Numbered from the whole stretch's first letter, positions 21,001-33,125 are shown. The stretch is 59,694 nt of DNA, filler included, from Asterionella formosa (GCA_002256025.1; 4 parts of 4 records of this genome joined end to end with filler, not necessarily neighbours in it), one strand, 5' to 3'. Made by a program: numbers and translations. The notes: generated by a model not told the origin, from the letters alone.

Positions 21001-23379
21001 TCTACCACTACATCCTATGCTGAGACTGCCATAGTTGAAGTTTCCTTGGGGTTTCAAGGTTTGGAATTGTGTCCTAATTTTAAGCCAACAAATGACTTTC
21101 TTGATCACAATGAGTCTGGAACATTGATGAAATTATCGAGAAATGTGAAAACATTTACGGGAAAAGCAACTCCAATGACTGAGCCAACCGTATTATCAAC
21201 TACAGCTCGTGTCATTGACGCTTCGTACCCTCCACTTGTCGAAGAAACATGCAACACCCTTTTGTCTGATAACGACATTGACACGATATTTGCGGCCCAA
21301 AGCAACGAGATAAATGAGATTGTTGAAGCCTTCGTAAATGATACTATTGCTGAGTCAGAAATTGAATCAGCGACCTTGATCGCTCCATCCTACGCTGCAA
21401 CTACCATCGAGGAAGCCCCCTTGGAGTTGTCACAAGTGGAAAGTATTCATGCCAAAAGTTCAACATGGCGTCCCTCTGCCAAGTCCAATGATGAAATTCT
21501 TGATCACTTTAATTCTGTATCATTGATGGAAGTTAGAGAGGCTAATTTCAATGATTTGAAAAAAATGGATACATCGATGGGGAAAGAAACTCAAGTGACG
21601 GAGACCCTTTTGTCAACTGATTTGGTCCCCCGTGTTTTCGAATATACATCTATAACTCTTGTTGACACCATGTCGGTGGCCCCGATCAACGGGATCATCC
21701 TTATCGATGAAGCAGTCACCAATGATAACATTGGTTGGTCGGCACTTGTATCAGATGTGTTCACCTCTTTATCCTACGAGTTGGCAGATAGCAGTGTTGC
21801 CAAAGGTTCAGCATGGAGCCTTTCTACTAACCCCACAAGTGAGGTTGTTGATCACGATGAATCAAATGCATTGACGATCGTTCAAGATAATAGCGTTCAT
21901 AATTTGGCGGGCATAATCGATCCAATCGAAGGGGATACATCTATAGGACAAGAAACTTCTAGGACTGAACCAACAATTTTGGGGATAGTGGCTATTGATA
22001 CCGACACTTTGCACCCTTCCTGCTCCGAAGAAATATACACCACCTACTCCCCTGACAAGAATATTTACACGATTCCTGTGGCCGAAAGCAACGAGACGAC
22101 TGAGATTGTTGAAGCCGTCGCAAATGATGCAATTGTTGAGCCAGCCATTATATCAAAGACGCTTATCTCTCCATCGTACGATATGACTACCATTGAGAAA
22201 GCTCCCTTGGAGGTGCCACTGGAAAGTACCGACACCATAAGTGCAGCATGGTGTCCTTCTGCCAAGTCCGCAAATGAAATTCTTGATCGCGATTACTCGA
22301 GAGAAGATCACTTCGATGATTCGACAACGACCTTAGATCCCATAGATACAAATGCATCGACGAGCAAGGAAAATCTCGTTGGAGGAGACTTTACAAATTT
22401 ATCAGAAGCCTCAACCTATCTTCACCCCCTTAAAAGAATTCCGCAAGAAGTACTACCTTTAGAAAGCCCAGTCACCATGGATAGCACATGCTTATGTGCT
22501 GACGAATCCAAAGCTGCACCCATAGGGCAAGAGGGGTCGAGTAAATTTGAAAGTACGACAGATCAAATCGAATCCTCGACAGAGGCGAGCACCACGAACC
22601 CCAGGGACGAATGTTACATATCTACCGAGTACACTTTTGAATCAATCAGTAAAGGCGAACATACGACAAATACAGTCAAATCCGTTCTGGAACAGGACAA
22701 TGTGATGAAGCCCGACGAAATCACGCACGAATCTGCACAGGTATACTTGGAATCTGGCGCGTCGAGTCGATTCAGCTTCTATTCCCCAGAAACTGATTTT
22801 GTCTCGGAACTTTTATTGTATGATACTCAGTCAGGATTCGACAAAAACGTAATCGTTGAGAGTCACAACTCTTTGGGCGAAAGCTGCCTCCCAGATTTGG
22901 CGGTTGGTGACGAGAATGCTCATCCAAACGATGAGAATCAAATGTACTGCAATGATATGCTCGCTCCCAATCCTGATTTGGAGACAAACAATGAATGTAA
23001 TAATGTGATGGAGATCCTGACTGGCTCATTAGGCGCCGAAGTTGCAATCGATGTGGGCGAAGTAGCTGCAGCAGGTATGCCAAACGATGAAGAAGTTATC
23101 GGAATTTGCGAATCGAATGATACAACAGACTCTGCAATTTTTTCAAAGGAGCCTGACGAAGAAATCGAAAGCAGTACTACTGATGCGTCCCAAGAGGATA
23201 ATAAATACGGGTTTACCAGCGAGAAAGATTTGAGTCAACGTCTGTCACATAGTCCTGCTAAGCCGAAACAACTCGCGACAAATGCAAACCACCTCAAACA
23301 AGACACCTCTGAGTCGGTTGCTGACTGCTCACTATGTGGTTGTGGTTTCTTGCTGGGAATATTTTCTCGGAGAGGATAA
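18009..23379 (+). CDS. Very large acidic Ser/Thr/Glu-rich protein with degenerate internal repeats, interrupted by a 244-N gap (20273-20516); probably one gene of 1700 aa or more
   Basis: Two long stop-free frames flank the gap, and both sides carry the same repeat (ETISMRLNTMEQE before, ISMRLNAMEQE after). The N-terminus looks coiled-coil and the C-terminus is CSLCGCGFLLGIFSRRG. Confidence 0.75.
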
Positions 23380-23609
23380 TGCGATGAAACGATCGATTTC
23401 TATCTTGAATCACACGATGAATAAAATGATTGCTATTATTGGGCATTGGATAGGAATCTCCTAAAATGCCCAATGATGTTTCGAGGTCAAACTAACAGCG
23501 ACGAAATTTGGCAAGCTATTGTAAAAGTAGAAACTGTATAATAATAATGTGTTATACGGAGTACACCCGAATACCGACACTTGATAAATTCACCAGATGT
23601 CTGTCTACA

Positions 23610-26600
23610 CTAGACTGAGAAGAGTCGAACAATTCCAGCAAGAATTTCTTGATCTGGCTGCGAATCAGGCAACTCAATCCTCTCGGTGAGCACAAAATTA
23701 AGCCTTCGCCGTAACTCGCGAAACATGACGCCAGTTTGAGCAGCAATTTCAATTTTAATCCAATCATCCACGAAAACCTTACGCTCAAGGTGCTTAACCT
23801 GGATACTTCCACCAAAAAGTAGCAAAGCGAACGGGTGGATCGGTGCGGTTGCTGAAACCGTCGTCCTCCCGGAACCAAATTTTTCATGGAAGACTATCCA
23901 TTCCTCCTCAAGGGACTTCTTCCTGTGGTTGACAGATGATGAATGGAAGTAGAGCTGCTCAGTTTTATGCCACAGTAAAGGCAGATCTTCCCTGTGCAGT
24001 TTGATGGCATGTGCAACATTGGGGTAGAGGCCAGCACAAATTACAGCATGGATAAGGCGGTCATTCTTGTCGTGGCAATTATATTCGCTCGTAACCAGCC
24101 AGTCATCCGTCGCATTAATTTGTTTGTAGCTGCAACGTACAAAACCAATTTGACTCATCAGATCGAGATTTTGCCGTCGCATTTCCCCAATCTCCACCAA
24201 CGCAGTCCAATTAAGGTAATTCTTTCGACAAAAATCTCGACCTTGATCGTTGGAGCTTCCACGTGCCTTGCGGAACGCTTCCCAGACGTTACAGCTAGTC
24301 AAAAAATCAGAAGAGGCGTGTTGAAACAGTCTATGCCTAGCTTGAGCTTCAATTGCATTGTTAATGGCAATTGAAAAGGGTGATTTACAAGCGAGACTTC
24401 CCACTATTGTCAATATTTTGTCAAGACATCCAAAGAGTGATCCAAATATGAGCATTTTTGCCAATGTGACATGGACTGGGATTTTGGACAGATGAAGACC
24501 AAGAGGCGTCAGAGTTTCTGCTTCATCAATCGCGCCCACCTTCTGCAGCAAGTCTAATGCAACTTGCACAGCATCTTCGGTGGGTGGCTGTGGGGCTTGC
24601 CGAAGGAAATCCAGGCAGTTATTTGCAAGCTTTCCAGCAAGAATACTCAAGCATACCTCCTCCAGAGGAACACGCTGCAGCTCGGGCATTGCCTGGGGTT
24701 TCATGATATTGTGGTGCGTGCGAGACGAATACAACTTGCAACAAATCCCAGCTTGGACACGACCAGCTCGTCCGGCACGTTGCTTAGCGCTGGCTTTTGA
24801 ACACCAATCCAGCACCAACCTGGATGTCGAAAAGCGTTGATCTTGCCGAACTTCTCGGCCCAACCCCGAGTCAATCACACAAACACAATCTGGAATTGTT
24901 ACACTTGTCTCTGCTATGTTGGTTGCTAAAATCACCTTTCGACATCCGGCGTTAGGTTTGTGAAATGCCCTCTTTTGATCCTGTGGCGATAATGAAGAAT
25001 GCATAGGAATTATATCAAAACGCTTCGAGTTGCCAAAAAGGCGACTGCCCTTTAATCGATCGGCGAGCGCCCTGATTTCACCCATTCCAGGTAAGAATAT
25101 TAGTACGGCGCCATTCGGCATTGTTTCTTTCCCAGCACCTTCCGGGGGCAAAATTATAGTGTTCACAGTGTTCGGATCGACGATGAGAGTCAAGACATCT
25201 TCAATCAAATCATAATTGATGACGAATTCATCGACTCGGTCCATTGATCGTTGAGTCGCCATTGAATATTCCCCGTAGTATCCAGAAACGACAGTGACAT
25301 CGGTTTGAGATTCCAATGTCACCACTTCTTGTCGTTTCTCGCCTCCTCTAGTTGTAACAAAGAGTGATTGTGTTTCATGGTTTGTTCTGGTGTCCCGTCT
25401 TGCATTTCGTGAGTCTTCTTCTATCATATGACCAGTGGCATCAAGTAAATCTTCCAAGTAATAATTTGCCACAGGGAATGTACGACCTGGGACACTTAGA
25501 AGTGGCGCATTGCCAAAGAAGGAACAAAACAACTTAGCATCCAGAGTTGCCGACATGAGGATAATCTTTAAATCGCGTCGGGTGGTTTGAACAATCTTTC
25601 GTAATGCAATCAAGAGAAAATCAATTTGCCATTGTCGTTCGTGAACTTCGTCGACTACGACGTGTGTAACACCCATTAAATTCGGATCATCTTGCAATCG
25701 TCTGAGTAGCACACCTGTCGTACAAAACAATAACCTTGTCTTCGATGTTTTTTTACTTTCCATCCGAATTTGATAACCCACTAAATGGCCAAGCGGATCG
25801 CACATTTCTTCTGCGACCCGTTCCGCCACAGTCAAGGCGGAAATTCGTCGCGGTTGGGTACACAAAATAGAAATGGCATCACCTACTCCGCTCAACAAGG
25901 CTTGCTCTAGCAAAAATTGCGGGCATTGAGTTGTCTTTCCCGCTCCAGTTTCGGCGTGAAGGACTGTCACACTATTTTCGTCAATGGTCTCCAGAAGTTG
26001 CTCTCTGTAGGCGTGCATCGGGAGGGTTTCACGACTTTGTTGCATTTCCAAATATTCTGGTTTTGAACATGTTGCCATGAAACTTCGTTGCAATGTACGC
26101 CCAAGTATAGTGGGCCCAGTGGAGAGTAAATTCTTGTAATCGCTCTCAGTGTTGCTGCATTCGCTGTCATCCCAAGTCTCCAATTTATCTGTCACCTGAA
26201 TATGATCCTCGATTTTAGGTAGGGTAGTCGTTCCAAATGGCTTACTTTCCAATGTTGAGCTGTGAGCCGAAATCAATGATATCAATTGTCGTATTTTTTC
26301 GTCTTTTTCTCTTGCTGAGTCATCCTTGATTACTTTCTGAACGTCTTGAGCATGCTGTAACCAAGACTTGTACAGATTTGAAAAGACAGGAGGCATGAGT
26401 CGATACAAGGGTAATTCAGGTGCCATAATATATAAGGCGTGGGTGGAAACATAGTGTTGAGCATCGTTCCAATCATAAAAGGGACCATTGTGTTCCAACA
26501 CCAATGGGGGATTTGTCGTTCCCTTGGTCACTTTCACAGTGACCCGACAACCGTGTTTTGTACCGACCACTTTAATAAAAGAGGGTCTAGGTATCTTATT

Positions 26601-27866
26601 CTTTTTACAATGATCTTCCAATAATTGTTTGGGAGTCTTTCCAGTCCAATCTTTGGTTATGGATGCTTCTCGACTTGATAATTGAAATGGATCAGTGGAA
26701 TCTTCGACGCTTTGTTGTTCATTGACTTCATCTTGTACTATAGGTGTTGGTGGTATTTTCAATGCTATATCTGATTCTTGAAACATATCAAATATGATAC
26801 AATTGTCGTCTTCGTCGTCCTGCTTTCCTGGTAGAGGTTCGTCAGGAACCACATGCCGTGTCATAATGATTGGTTCTTCCAGTTTCGATGACGATATTAG
26901 CAGTTTGGCAAGCTTGGTGTTTAATTTGTTTCGTTCTCCTTGTAATTTTTGTAATGATTTTTTCATTTCCTTAATCTCCTGTTTACTTCGCATGTAATTA
27001 GTAGCATCATCCTTGAGGTCTGACTGTAATATCTGTATGTCTTGTTCCAATTGAGTCAGTCGTAATTGCTCTGGCAGCATTACTATTACGTCTTCTTGAA
27101 ACGATGATGATGGTGTTGCAGCAGGATCTGCGGATGGCTCATCATTATCGTTGTTGTCATTGTCAGATTCATATTGATATTGATTCAAAATCCATGTTTT
27201 ATCCGTTTCTTCCATAACAAAAATCTCCGGCAAACTCGTTTCGACAGTTGTTTTGGATGCGTCGTTTAGGTGCAAATTTTCCACTGCAGTAGTAGTATCA
27301 GCAACAGTAGGAGTCTCCTCGTTCCAAAAAGTAGTAGCACTACTACCCGACCTAACAGTCGCCACTTGCAACACTTGAATAGTAGACGTTTTGGATTCTT
27401 GCATAATAGCATCTCGTAAATGACCTTCTGTAAATATTGGAGGCAAGTCTTGTGTTGGTAATTGCAAACATGCCCAATCCAAGGCCGATTCTATAGTGTA
27501 TTGTTGTTTTTGTTGCTGCTGCTGTATTGGTGCCTTTGTTAGTCCAATGAAGATAGACTCAACTTGATGATCCTTGAATCCAATTTGAAGTAGAGTATGA
27601 TATAAGGAATCTATTCGTTTGTAAAATTCCTTGGTGGTTGTATCAACCTTCCATGTTGTTGTTGGTAATGATGAATGATGTGCCGATGACGATGATGATG
27701 ATGATACATCAATCAAGGATTGTAAATGTTCTTGTTGTTGTTTATTAGAAAGTTTGGTTTCTTGTTGTAAACTAATAGCAGTAGTAGTAGCTTGTGCTGT
27801 AGTGGCATACCCTCGAATGTCAATCTTCTTGTTGGTATTACTAGTGCGCTTCTTCTTGGTCACCAT
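23610..27866 (-). CDS. DEAH/RHA RNA helicase, DHX29/DHX57-like, 1418 aa, single exon
   Basis: AETGAGKTTQ (I), TQPRRISA (Ia), DEVHER (II), MSAT (III), ATNIAETSVTI (V) and QRAGRAGR (VI), followed by HA2 and OB-fold regions. The N-terminal ALDWACLQLP (UBA-like) and WTGKTPKQLLEDHCKK (dsRBD-like) segments fit DHX29. Confidence 0.92.
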   Translation of the reverse strand: MVTKKKRTSNTNKKIDIRGYATTAQATTTAISLQQETKLSNKQQQEHLQSLIDVSSSSSSSAHHSSLPTTTWKVDTTTKEFYKRIDSLYHTLLQIGFKDHQVESIFIGLTKAPIQQQQQKQQYTIESALDWACLQLPTQDLPPIFTEGHLRDAIMQESKTSTIQVLQVATVRSGSSATTFWNEETPTVADTTTAVENLHLNDASKTTVETSLPEIFVMEETDKTWILNQYQYESDNDNNDNDEPSADPAATPSSSFQEDVIVMLPEQLRLTQLEQDIQILQSDLKDDATNYMRSKQEIKEMKKSLQKLQGERNKLNTKLAKLLISSSKLEEPIIMTRHVVPDEPLPGKQDDEDDNCIIFDMFQESDIALKIPPTPIVQDEVNEQQSVEDSTDPFQLSSREASITKDWTGKTPKQLLEDHCKKNKIPRPSFIKVVGTKHGCRVTVKVTKGTTNPPLVLEHNGPFYDWNDAQHYVSTHALYIMAPELPLYRLMPPVFSNLYKSWLQHAQDVQKVIKDDSAREKDEKIRQLISLISAHSSTLESKPFGTTTLPKIEDHIQVTDKLETWDDSECSNTESDYKNLLSTGPTILGRTLQRSFMATCSKPEYLEMQQSRETLPMHAYREQLLETIDENSVTVLHAETGAGKTTQCPQFLLEQALLSGVGDAISILCTQPRRISALTVAERVAEEMCDPLGHLVGYQIRMESKKTSKTRLLFCTTGVLLRRLQDDPNLMGVTHVVVDEVHERQWQIDFLLIALRKIVQTTRRDLKIILMSATLDAKLFCSFFGNAPLLSVPGRTFPVANYYLEDLLDATGHMIEEDSRNARRDTRTNHETQSLFVTTRGGEKRQEVVTLESQTDVTVVSGYYGEYSMATQRSMDRVDEFVINYDLIEDVLTLIVDPNTVNTIILPPEGAGKETMPNGAVLIFLPGMGEIRALADRLKGSRLFGNSKRFDIIPMHSSLSPQDQKRAFHKPNAGCRKVILATNIAETSVTIPDCVCVIDSGLGREVRQDQRFSTSRLVLDWCSKASAKQRAGRAGRVQAGICCKLYSSRTHHNIMKPQAMPELQRVPLEEVCLSILAGKLANNCLDFLRQAPQPPTEDAVQVALDLLQKVGAIDEAETLTPLGLHLSKIPVHVTLAKMLIFGSLFGCLDKILTIVGSLACKSPFSIAINNAIEAQARHRLFQHASSDFLTSCNVWEAFRKARGSSNDQGRDFCRKNYLNWTALVEIGEMRRQNLDLMSQIGFVRCSYKQINATDDWLVTSEYNCHDKNDRLIHAVICAGLYPNVAHAIKLHREDLPLLWHKTEQLYFHSSSVNHRKKSLEEEWIVFHEKFGSGRTTVSATAPIHPFALLLFGGSIQVKHLERKVFVDDWIKIEIAAQTGVMFRELRRRLNFVLTERIELPDSQPDQEILAGIVRLFSV

Positions 27867-28463
27867 GGTTGATGGATCGTTGCTTGCTTTTAGTTAAGCT
27901 TTCGTTGGAGTGACATTACTACCGGTATACACCTACCGGTACTGATATTCGATCACGACAGCCACTTCTACACATGCACATACAGCGGTAGGCTACCAGT
28001 AAACCGGTATCTTTGTACGCACAGCAGGATACTTGCTGCCTATTGTATGCATGATACCAAATACTATTACCGGGATACTATGGTACCTGGTACCTGGTAC
28101 ACATGGCAGTGGTCTGGTAGCTGGTACCTGGTACCAGTACTGGAGTATTTGTAAGATTACCGGTAGCTACATACATACGTCATAAACATGTTTGAAATGT
28201 TCTCTTTGCAGCCGACGAATGGAGCGAATTGCTAGCACTTGCGCGCTTGCTGTCCCATACTGTGTGATGGCTGAGCAGAGCAGCATTTTACATGATAGTC
28301 TATTATTTCATGTAAAATGCTATGTAGTAACCAGATACCGGTGCCGGTGGGCGATGAAAGCTTTCGACGAGTCATGCCAAGTCCGTTCCGGGGACTGATA
28401 AAATACATTAAAAACCGCCAGTAGGCTATTCTTATCATTATTAATCAACCAACCAACACTGCC

Positions 28464-29803
28464 ATGGAGGACTTCACCCTGTCAACACCATCAATGAGAA
28501 CGGATGACACTACTAATCATGGCACCTTGAAACCAATAAATACAGACACCATGTCGTCCTTCTGCCCCGATGTCGACGACGAGGAAAACATGACAGAAGA
28601 AGCACCCATCAGTGACAGCAAAGCCACCAAGTTTACAACCCTGGAAATAACAAACTTGGCCTGTCAAGTCTTGTGCTATGGATGTCTCATGTCGTCCACT
28701 TCCATGATTATTGGAACAGCTGCCCCTGTTGTCCGATCTGTTGGTGGATACAATTCATGGACTCCAATTCCTGTGGGAATTTGCTTTTTGGGATCTTCTG
28801 GAATATCATTGCTTACTCCCTACTTGTTCGGGACACTGGGACGGAGGGGTGGATTCCTCGTGGGCAATTTGCTGGGAGTGGTTGGTGCTGCTTTGGGAGG
28901 ATTGGCTATTTGGATCACATCACCCATCTTGGTTTTGGTTGCGTACTTGCCGTTGGGAATGTCCTACGGGATCGGCAATCACTTGAGGTTTGCAGCCCTG
29001 GAAGTGGTACAAGATCCATCCAAGAAATCGTTGGCAGTTACTCTGGTTTTGACTGGTGGTGTCATTGCGGCCTTTCTTGGACCGGAATCTGCCCAAGCTA
29101 CTAAAGCCATTTTTGGACAGGACTTGGAATATTTGGGAACATTTATGATGATTCTTATCTTTAATGTCACCATGGGTATATTTCAACGTTTGATTAGATA
29201 CCCCAAGGACATACTCACCAGTAATTCTTCTTTTACTTTGGACAAGGAACAAAATGTTGCACACACCTCATTATACTCGCTCTTTTGGACATTTGAATTT
29301 ATCATTCCTGTCTTTATTGCCAGTTTCTGTTGGGCCATTATGGTACTCCCAATGTCCATTGTACGGGTTGCCATGTCGCAACTTGGATACACCTCTCGAC
29401 AAACATTGCTTATTATTGAATTTCACTTTTTTGGTATGTTTGCTCCTGGCTTTGTCTCTGGCACCATTATTGATCGCAAAGGAGAATTCTTCACATTTTA
29501 TGCAGCCATTGGGATCTTTGTCATCATGTCAATTGTGAATTTGGTATGGACCAGTTTTGATGATACAATAACATCATGGTCCATTGGACTTTTCCTGGCT
29601 GGAGTGGGATGGAATTTTGGTTTTTCATCATCCACCTTGTTGCTGACCCAGGCCTACGTGACTGCCCCTCACCTTAAAACAAAAGTACAAGCAGCCAATG
29701 ATTTTATCATGTTCTTATTTGCTGGATCGCTTGCTCTATCTACAGGATATGTGTTTGAAGGGGGTGGGGGTGGATTGGAGGGATGGATGGCAGTGAATTA
29801 TGT
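28464..29803 (+). CDS. MFS transporter resembling the bacterial RfnT/YdeG-like group; 3' end truncated at the scaffold end
   Basis: About 12 TM helices. Motifs LGRRGGF, LRFAALE, GGVIAAFLGPE, HFFGMFAPGFVSG, GVGWNFGFSSST and KVQAANDF. Confidence 0.85.
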
Positions 29804-29903
29804 NNNNNNNNNNNNNNNNNNNNNNNNNNNNNNNNNNNNNNNNNNNNTTAATTAATTAANNNNNNNNNNNNNNNNNNNNNNNNNNNNNNNNNNNNNNNNN
29901 NNN
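29804..29903. other. Artificial scaffold linker N44-TTAATTAATTAA-N44
   Basis: Same 100-bp linker. Confidence 0.97.
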
Positions 29904-30321
29904 TCAGGAAAGGCAGAGTTCGGAATAGAAGAGTTTGTTTTGTTGAGGCTTTCGTGTTTTGCTTGACAGTCTGGGCTGGCTAAAGCACAACGGTTTTTAG
30001 GGTTTCGAGATATGGAAGTTCAGCCAATTCTTTTGCATCATCGAAACAAACGAGACTACCGGTACAGGTACATATGTACCGGTAGGTAAACATCAACGAT
30101 CGGGCCGCCAGCCGCCCAAGAAAAATAGCTGATACTGTAAAACTCCTACTAACTATGGTAACTGGTTCATACATGTCATTTCTTATTATACAGACCTCAT
30201 GATCAATGTATACTGCTACTATGTGGCAAAAGGGAAGTAAACTCATACGTAACGCACACATACAGTGCATGCTGTGTCTTTTGTACATAGAATACAGTAT
30301 ATGTAGTACGCACCGGTAAAT

Positions 30322-32383
30322 GGTGAGCGATCCCGCGCATCAATCCAAACATATATAGGGTTAGGGATATATCAAAAAATCAGAACCCAACAATGAGAGC
30401 ACTCGACTAACACCTATTGCATACTTTGGTGTCAACTAAGAGAACCAGTTGATTATCAAAATTAAATAATAAACTCATACATTTAACAAACACTACTACT
30501 TCTAGTTAGATACTTCACTTTGAATTCAAAAAGAGTCCAATTAGAACAGAACAAACATGGCAGTTATTCAAGGGTTCCTGCTGTCCTCATTCCCTTGATC
30601 AATGATTTCAATGTATTGAGCATGTCTCATGTCAGTCATCACCTGGATAATATTGTGTATTTATGAGATTATTTGTTAATCCTAGTGTGCAACTTGTTCT
30701 CCTAGGTTGACACCACCAAAGTATTCAATAGCACCAGATGCTGTTGGTCAAGTTCTCCTGATAGAGTTCGATAAAATCTATGTAACCCTAACCCTATAGG
30801 TGTGTGTGTAGTCGAGCGGGATTGCTCACTCTCACACACCAAGGGAAAACTTTTCACCTATGAAAAGGTTTGATACGAAAAATCTTAATTCATTTAGTTA
30901 TATGCAAAGTTCATTGATATATGCATGCTGGCTGGGATATATTGAATCCAATTGAAATATCCCGCATTGCAAAAAAGCGGTGGTATCCAGACTATAATTA
31001 TCCTGTAAATAATAAATGCTATCCAGGTAATGATTGAAATGAGACATTTTCAATGTTTCTTCATAAATACAATAATAGCATTGCTATTGTCTCAGCACAC
31101 GTGCGATCTGTTCAGCATTCTGCTGGGTTTTTTAGGCATAAAGCCACTAGTAGTAGTACATCACATGATTGCCTTCAGAAATGCAAAGTCGATCTTTTGT
31201 TTTAAAATTTACACCAGTCCCGCTTGGTTTCTTTTGATGGATCATATAATTGCCTTCAATTATAAAGATGATTTTGGGTTAGAAATATGACACCAGTCAC
31301 GCTTGGTTAGTTGATGCATCACATGATTGCCCACAACTATATGAAGACAATCTTGTGTTAGAAAATTGATACCAGCCAGTCACGCTTGGTTAGTTGATGC
31401 ATCATATGATTGCCTTCATCAAATACTGTTTTGTTTTATGGTTGAAAGCTCATGCTTGGGAATGTTCTTCTTGCTGAGACAATCCTTGAATGATTATTGA
31501 CTGTTGAAGTAAATCAAAACCAAGTGAATGGATTGGTAAGTATCTTTCATTATATGATTCAATTCAAATTCTTCCTGCCAGCTATCATGCATTGTTCACA
31601 GAGAAAATGACAATGACGCTTCAATCTTTCTTGGGCCAGGTCACTTGACCTTCTGGACGAGGCATTGTGAGTTTAAAAAGAGCATTTTCAAAGTCTTGAG
31701 ACGGTCTCCGAAGTCCATAAAAAGTTTTGGGGGTTTTGTCAAAAAATATCATAACATCTACTGAAACTGTCTCTCAAAGCTTTCATGAGTAAGATAGTAA
31801 TCCAATCACATCATCAAGGCCTTTTTCGAAACTTTCATATGACTGATCATCTGGGTGTACTTCAACGCTCATACAGTCAGACAAGGTGATATCTGTGAGG
31901 CATCTTTTGTGGTAATAAGCGAATTTATCTGCTGTACTGAAGGTGCATGTGTTAGCCGTAGCCATATCATTGGATTTTATGAAACCAATCAACGAAGCTT
32001 CCACTGAGCATCCATTGATCATATCTTGGTCGAAAGACTCCAAATGTTGACCTGTTAGTTTTAAAGAAAGGTCTGAGCCTTGATGTTACTAAATGTGGTG
32101 ATATCCTTGATCAATAGGACCACTGGAACTTGAGAGTTCATCAATATTGTTTATTCTAATTTGACTCGTTTTGAATTCAAAGTGAAGTATCTAACTAGAA
32201 ATAGTAGTATTTGTTGAATATATGAGCTAATTACTTAATCTTTGTCTGCAACTCGTTCTCCTAGGTTGACACTAAATTATTCAATAGGTGTTAGTCGAGT
32301 TCTCTCCTGATAGAGTTCTGATACAATGATTTATGTAACGCTAACCCTATAGGTGTATATGTAGTTGCGCAGGATCGCTCTCC
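30322..32383. mobile_element. Long-TIR (about 150 bp) non-autonomous element(s): left arm 30322-30470, right arms 30668-30830 and 32229-32383
   Basis: The left arm GGTGAGCGATCCCGCGC...ATAGGGTTAGGG...CTCGACTAACACCTATTG...GTGTCAAC is the reverse complement of both right arms (GTTGACAC...CAATAG...CTAACCCTATAGGTG...GGATYGCTCWCY). Confidence 0.75.
31153..31417. repeat. Degenerate tandem repeat, about 80-bp unit, about 3 copies
   Basis: Recurring CCAGTCMCGCTTGGTT...GATGSATCAYATRATTGCC. Confidence 0.8.
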
Positions 32384-33125
32384 TCCTGGTACCAGGGGGT
32401 ACTGATCAATCCTCCTCCAAAAAGTCGACCAGACTGGCTTTTTTAACAGTCGCCAAAATATAGGAATCGGAATTTGTACATGCGAAAATATTCTCTTAGA
32501 CATCATAGGACGAGTCTTGCGTAGTAGGTAGTATTTTACCTGCATAATTCTCTGTCCGAAAAGACTTCATGATAAGTTTCTGCGTCTTTATACATAATCT
32601 GATTGGATAAATTGAATTTACTCACCTGCTCAAAATTGACTGGAGTTTCCTGGTCTTGCTAAAACATGCCAGTCACACTTGAACTACACCATGTATATGC
32701 TCGAGGTATATATACATAGTTAGTTTATACATGCGCTCTGGCAGCGGGTAAAGTTATATCTAGTAGCTACATCGAGCAATGTGGATATAACATAAAAATC
32801 TTCATTTTGTTTGAAATGGAACTCTATCAATGTGGCTCCAATTTCTATAGTTTGAATATTACAACATCAATTTTCATCATAGAAATCTGCTGAGAACGAC
32901 TAAAACTTGCTGACAACGATTAGAAAATTCTCACAACCGTTAGAATTTGCTGATAACTACTAGAAGTTACTGATTGATGAATCGTTCAAGCAAACCATCT
33001 TCCAGTTGCCGAATCCCATTACCAGTCGTGGTAGTACCAGATTAAAATGATTTTTATAATCAGAACACCAATTGGATTTAATAAATGATGATTTGTTGAC
33101 ATTATAGAAAAATCCTTAAGAGAGC

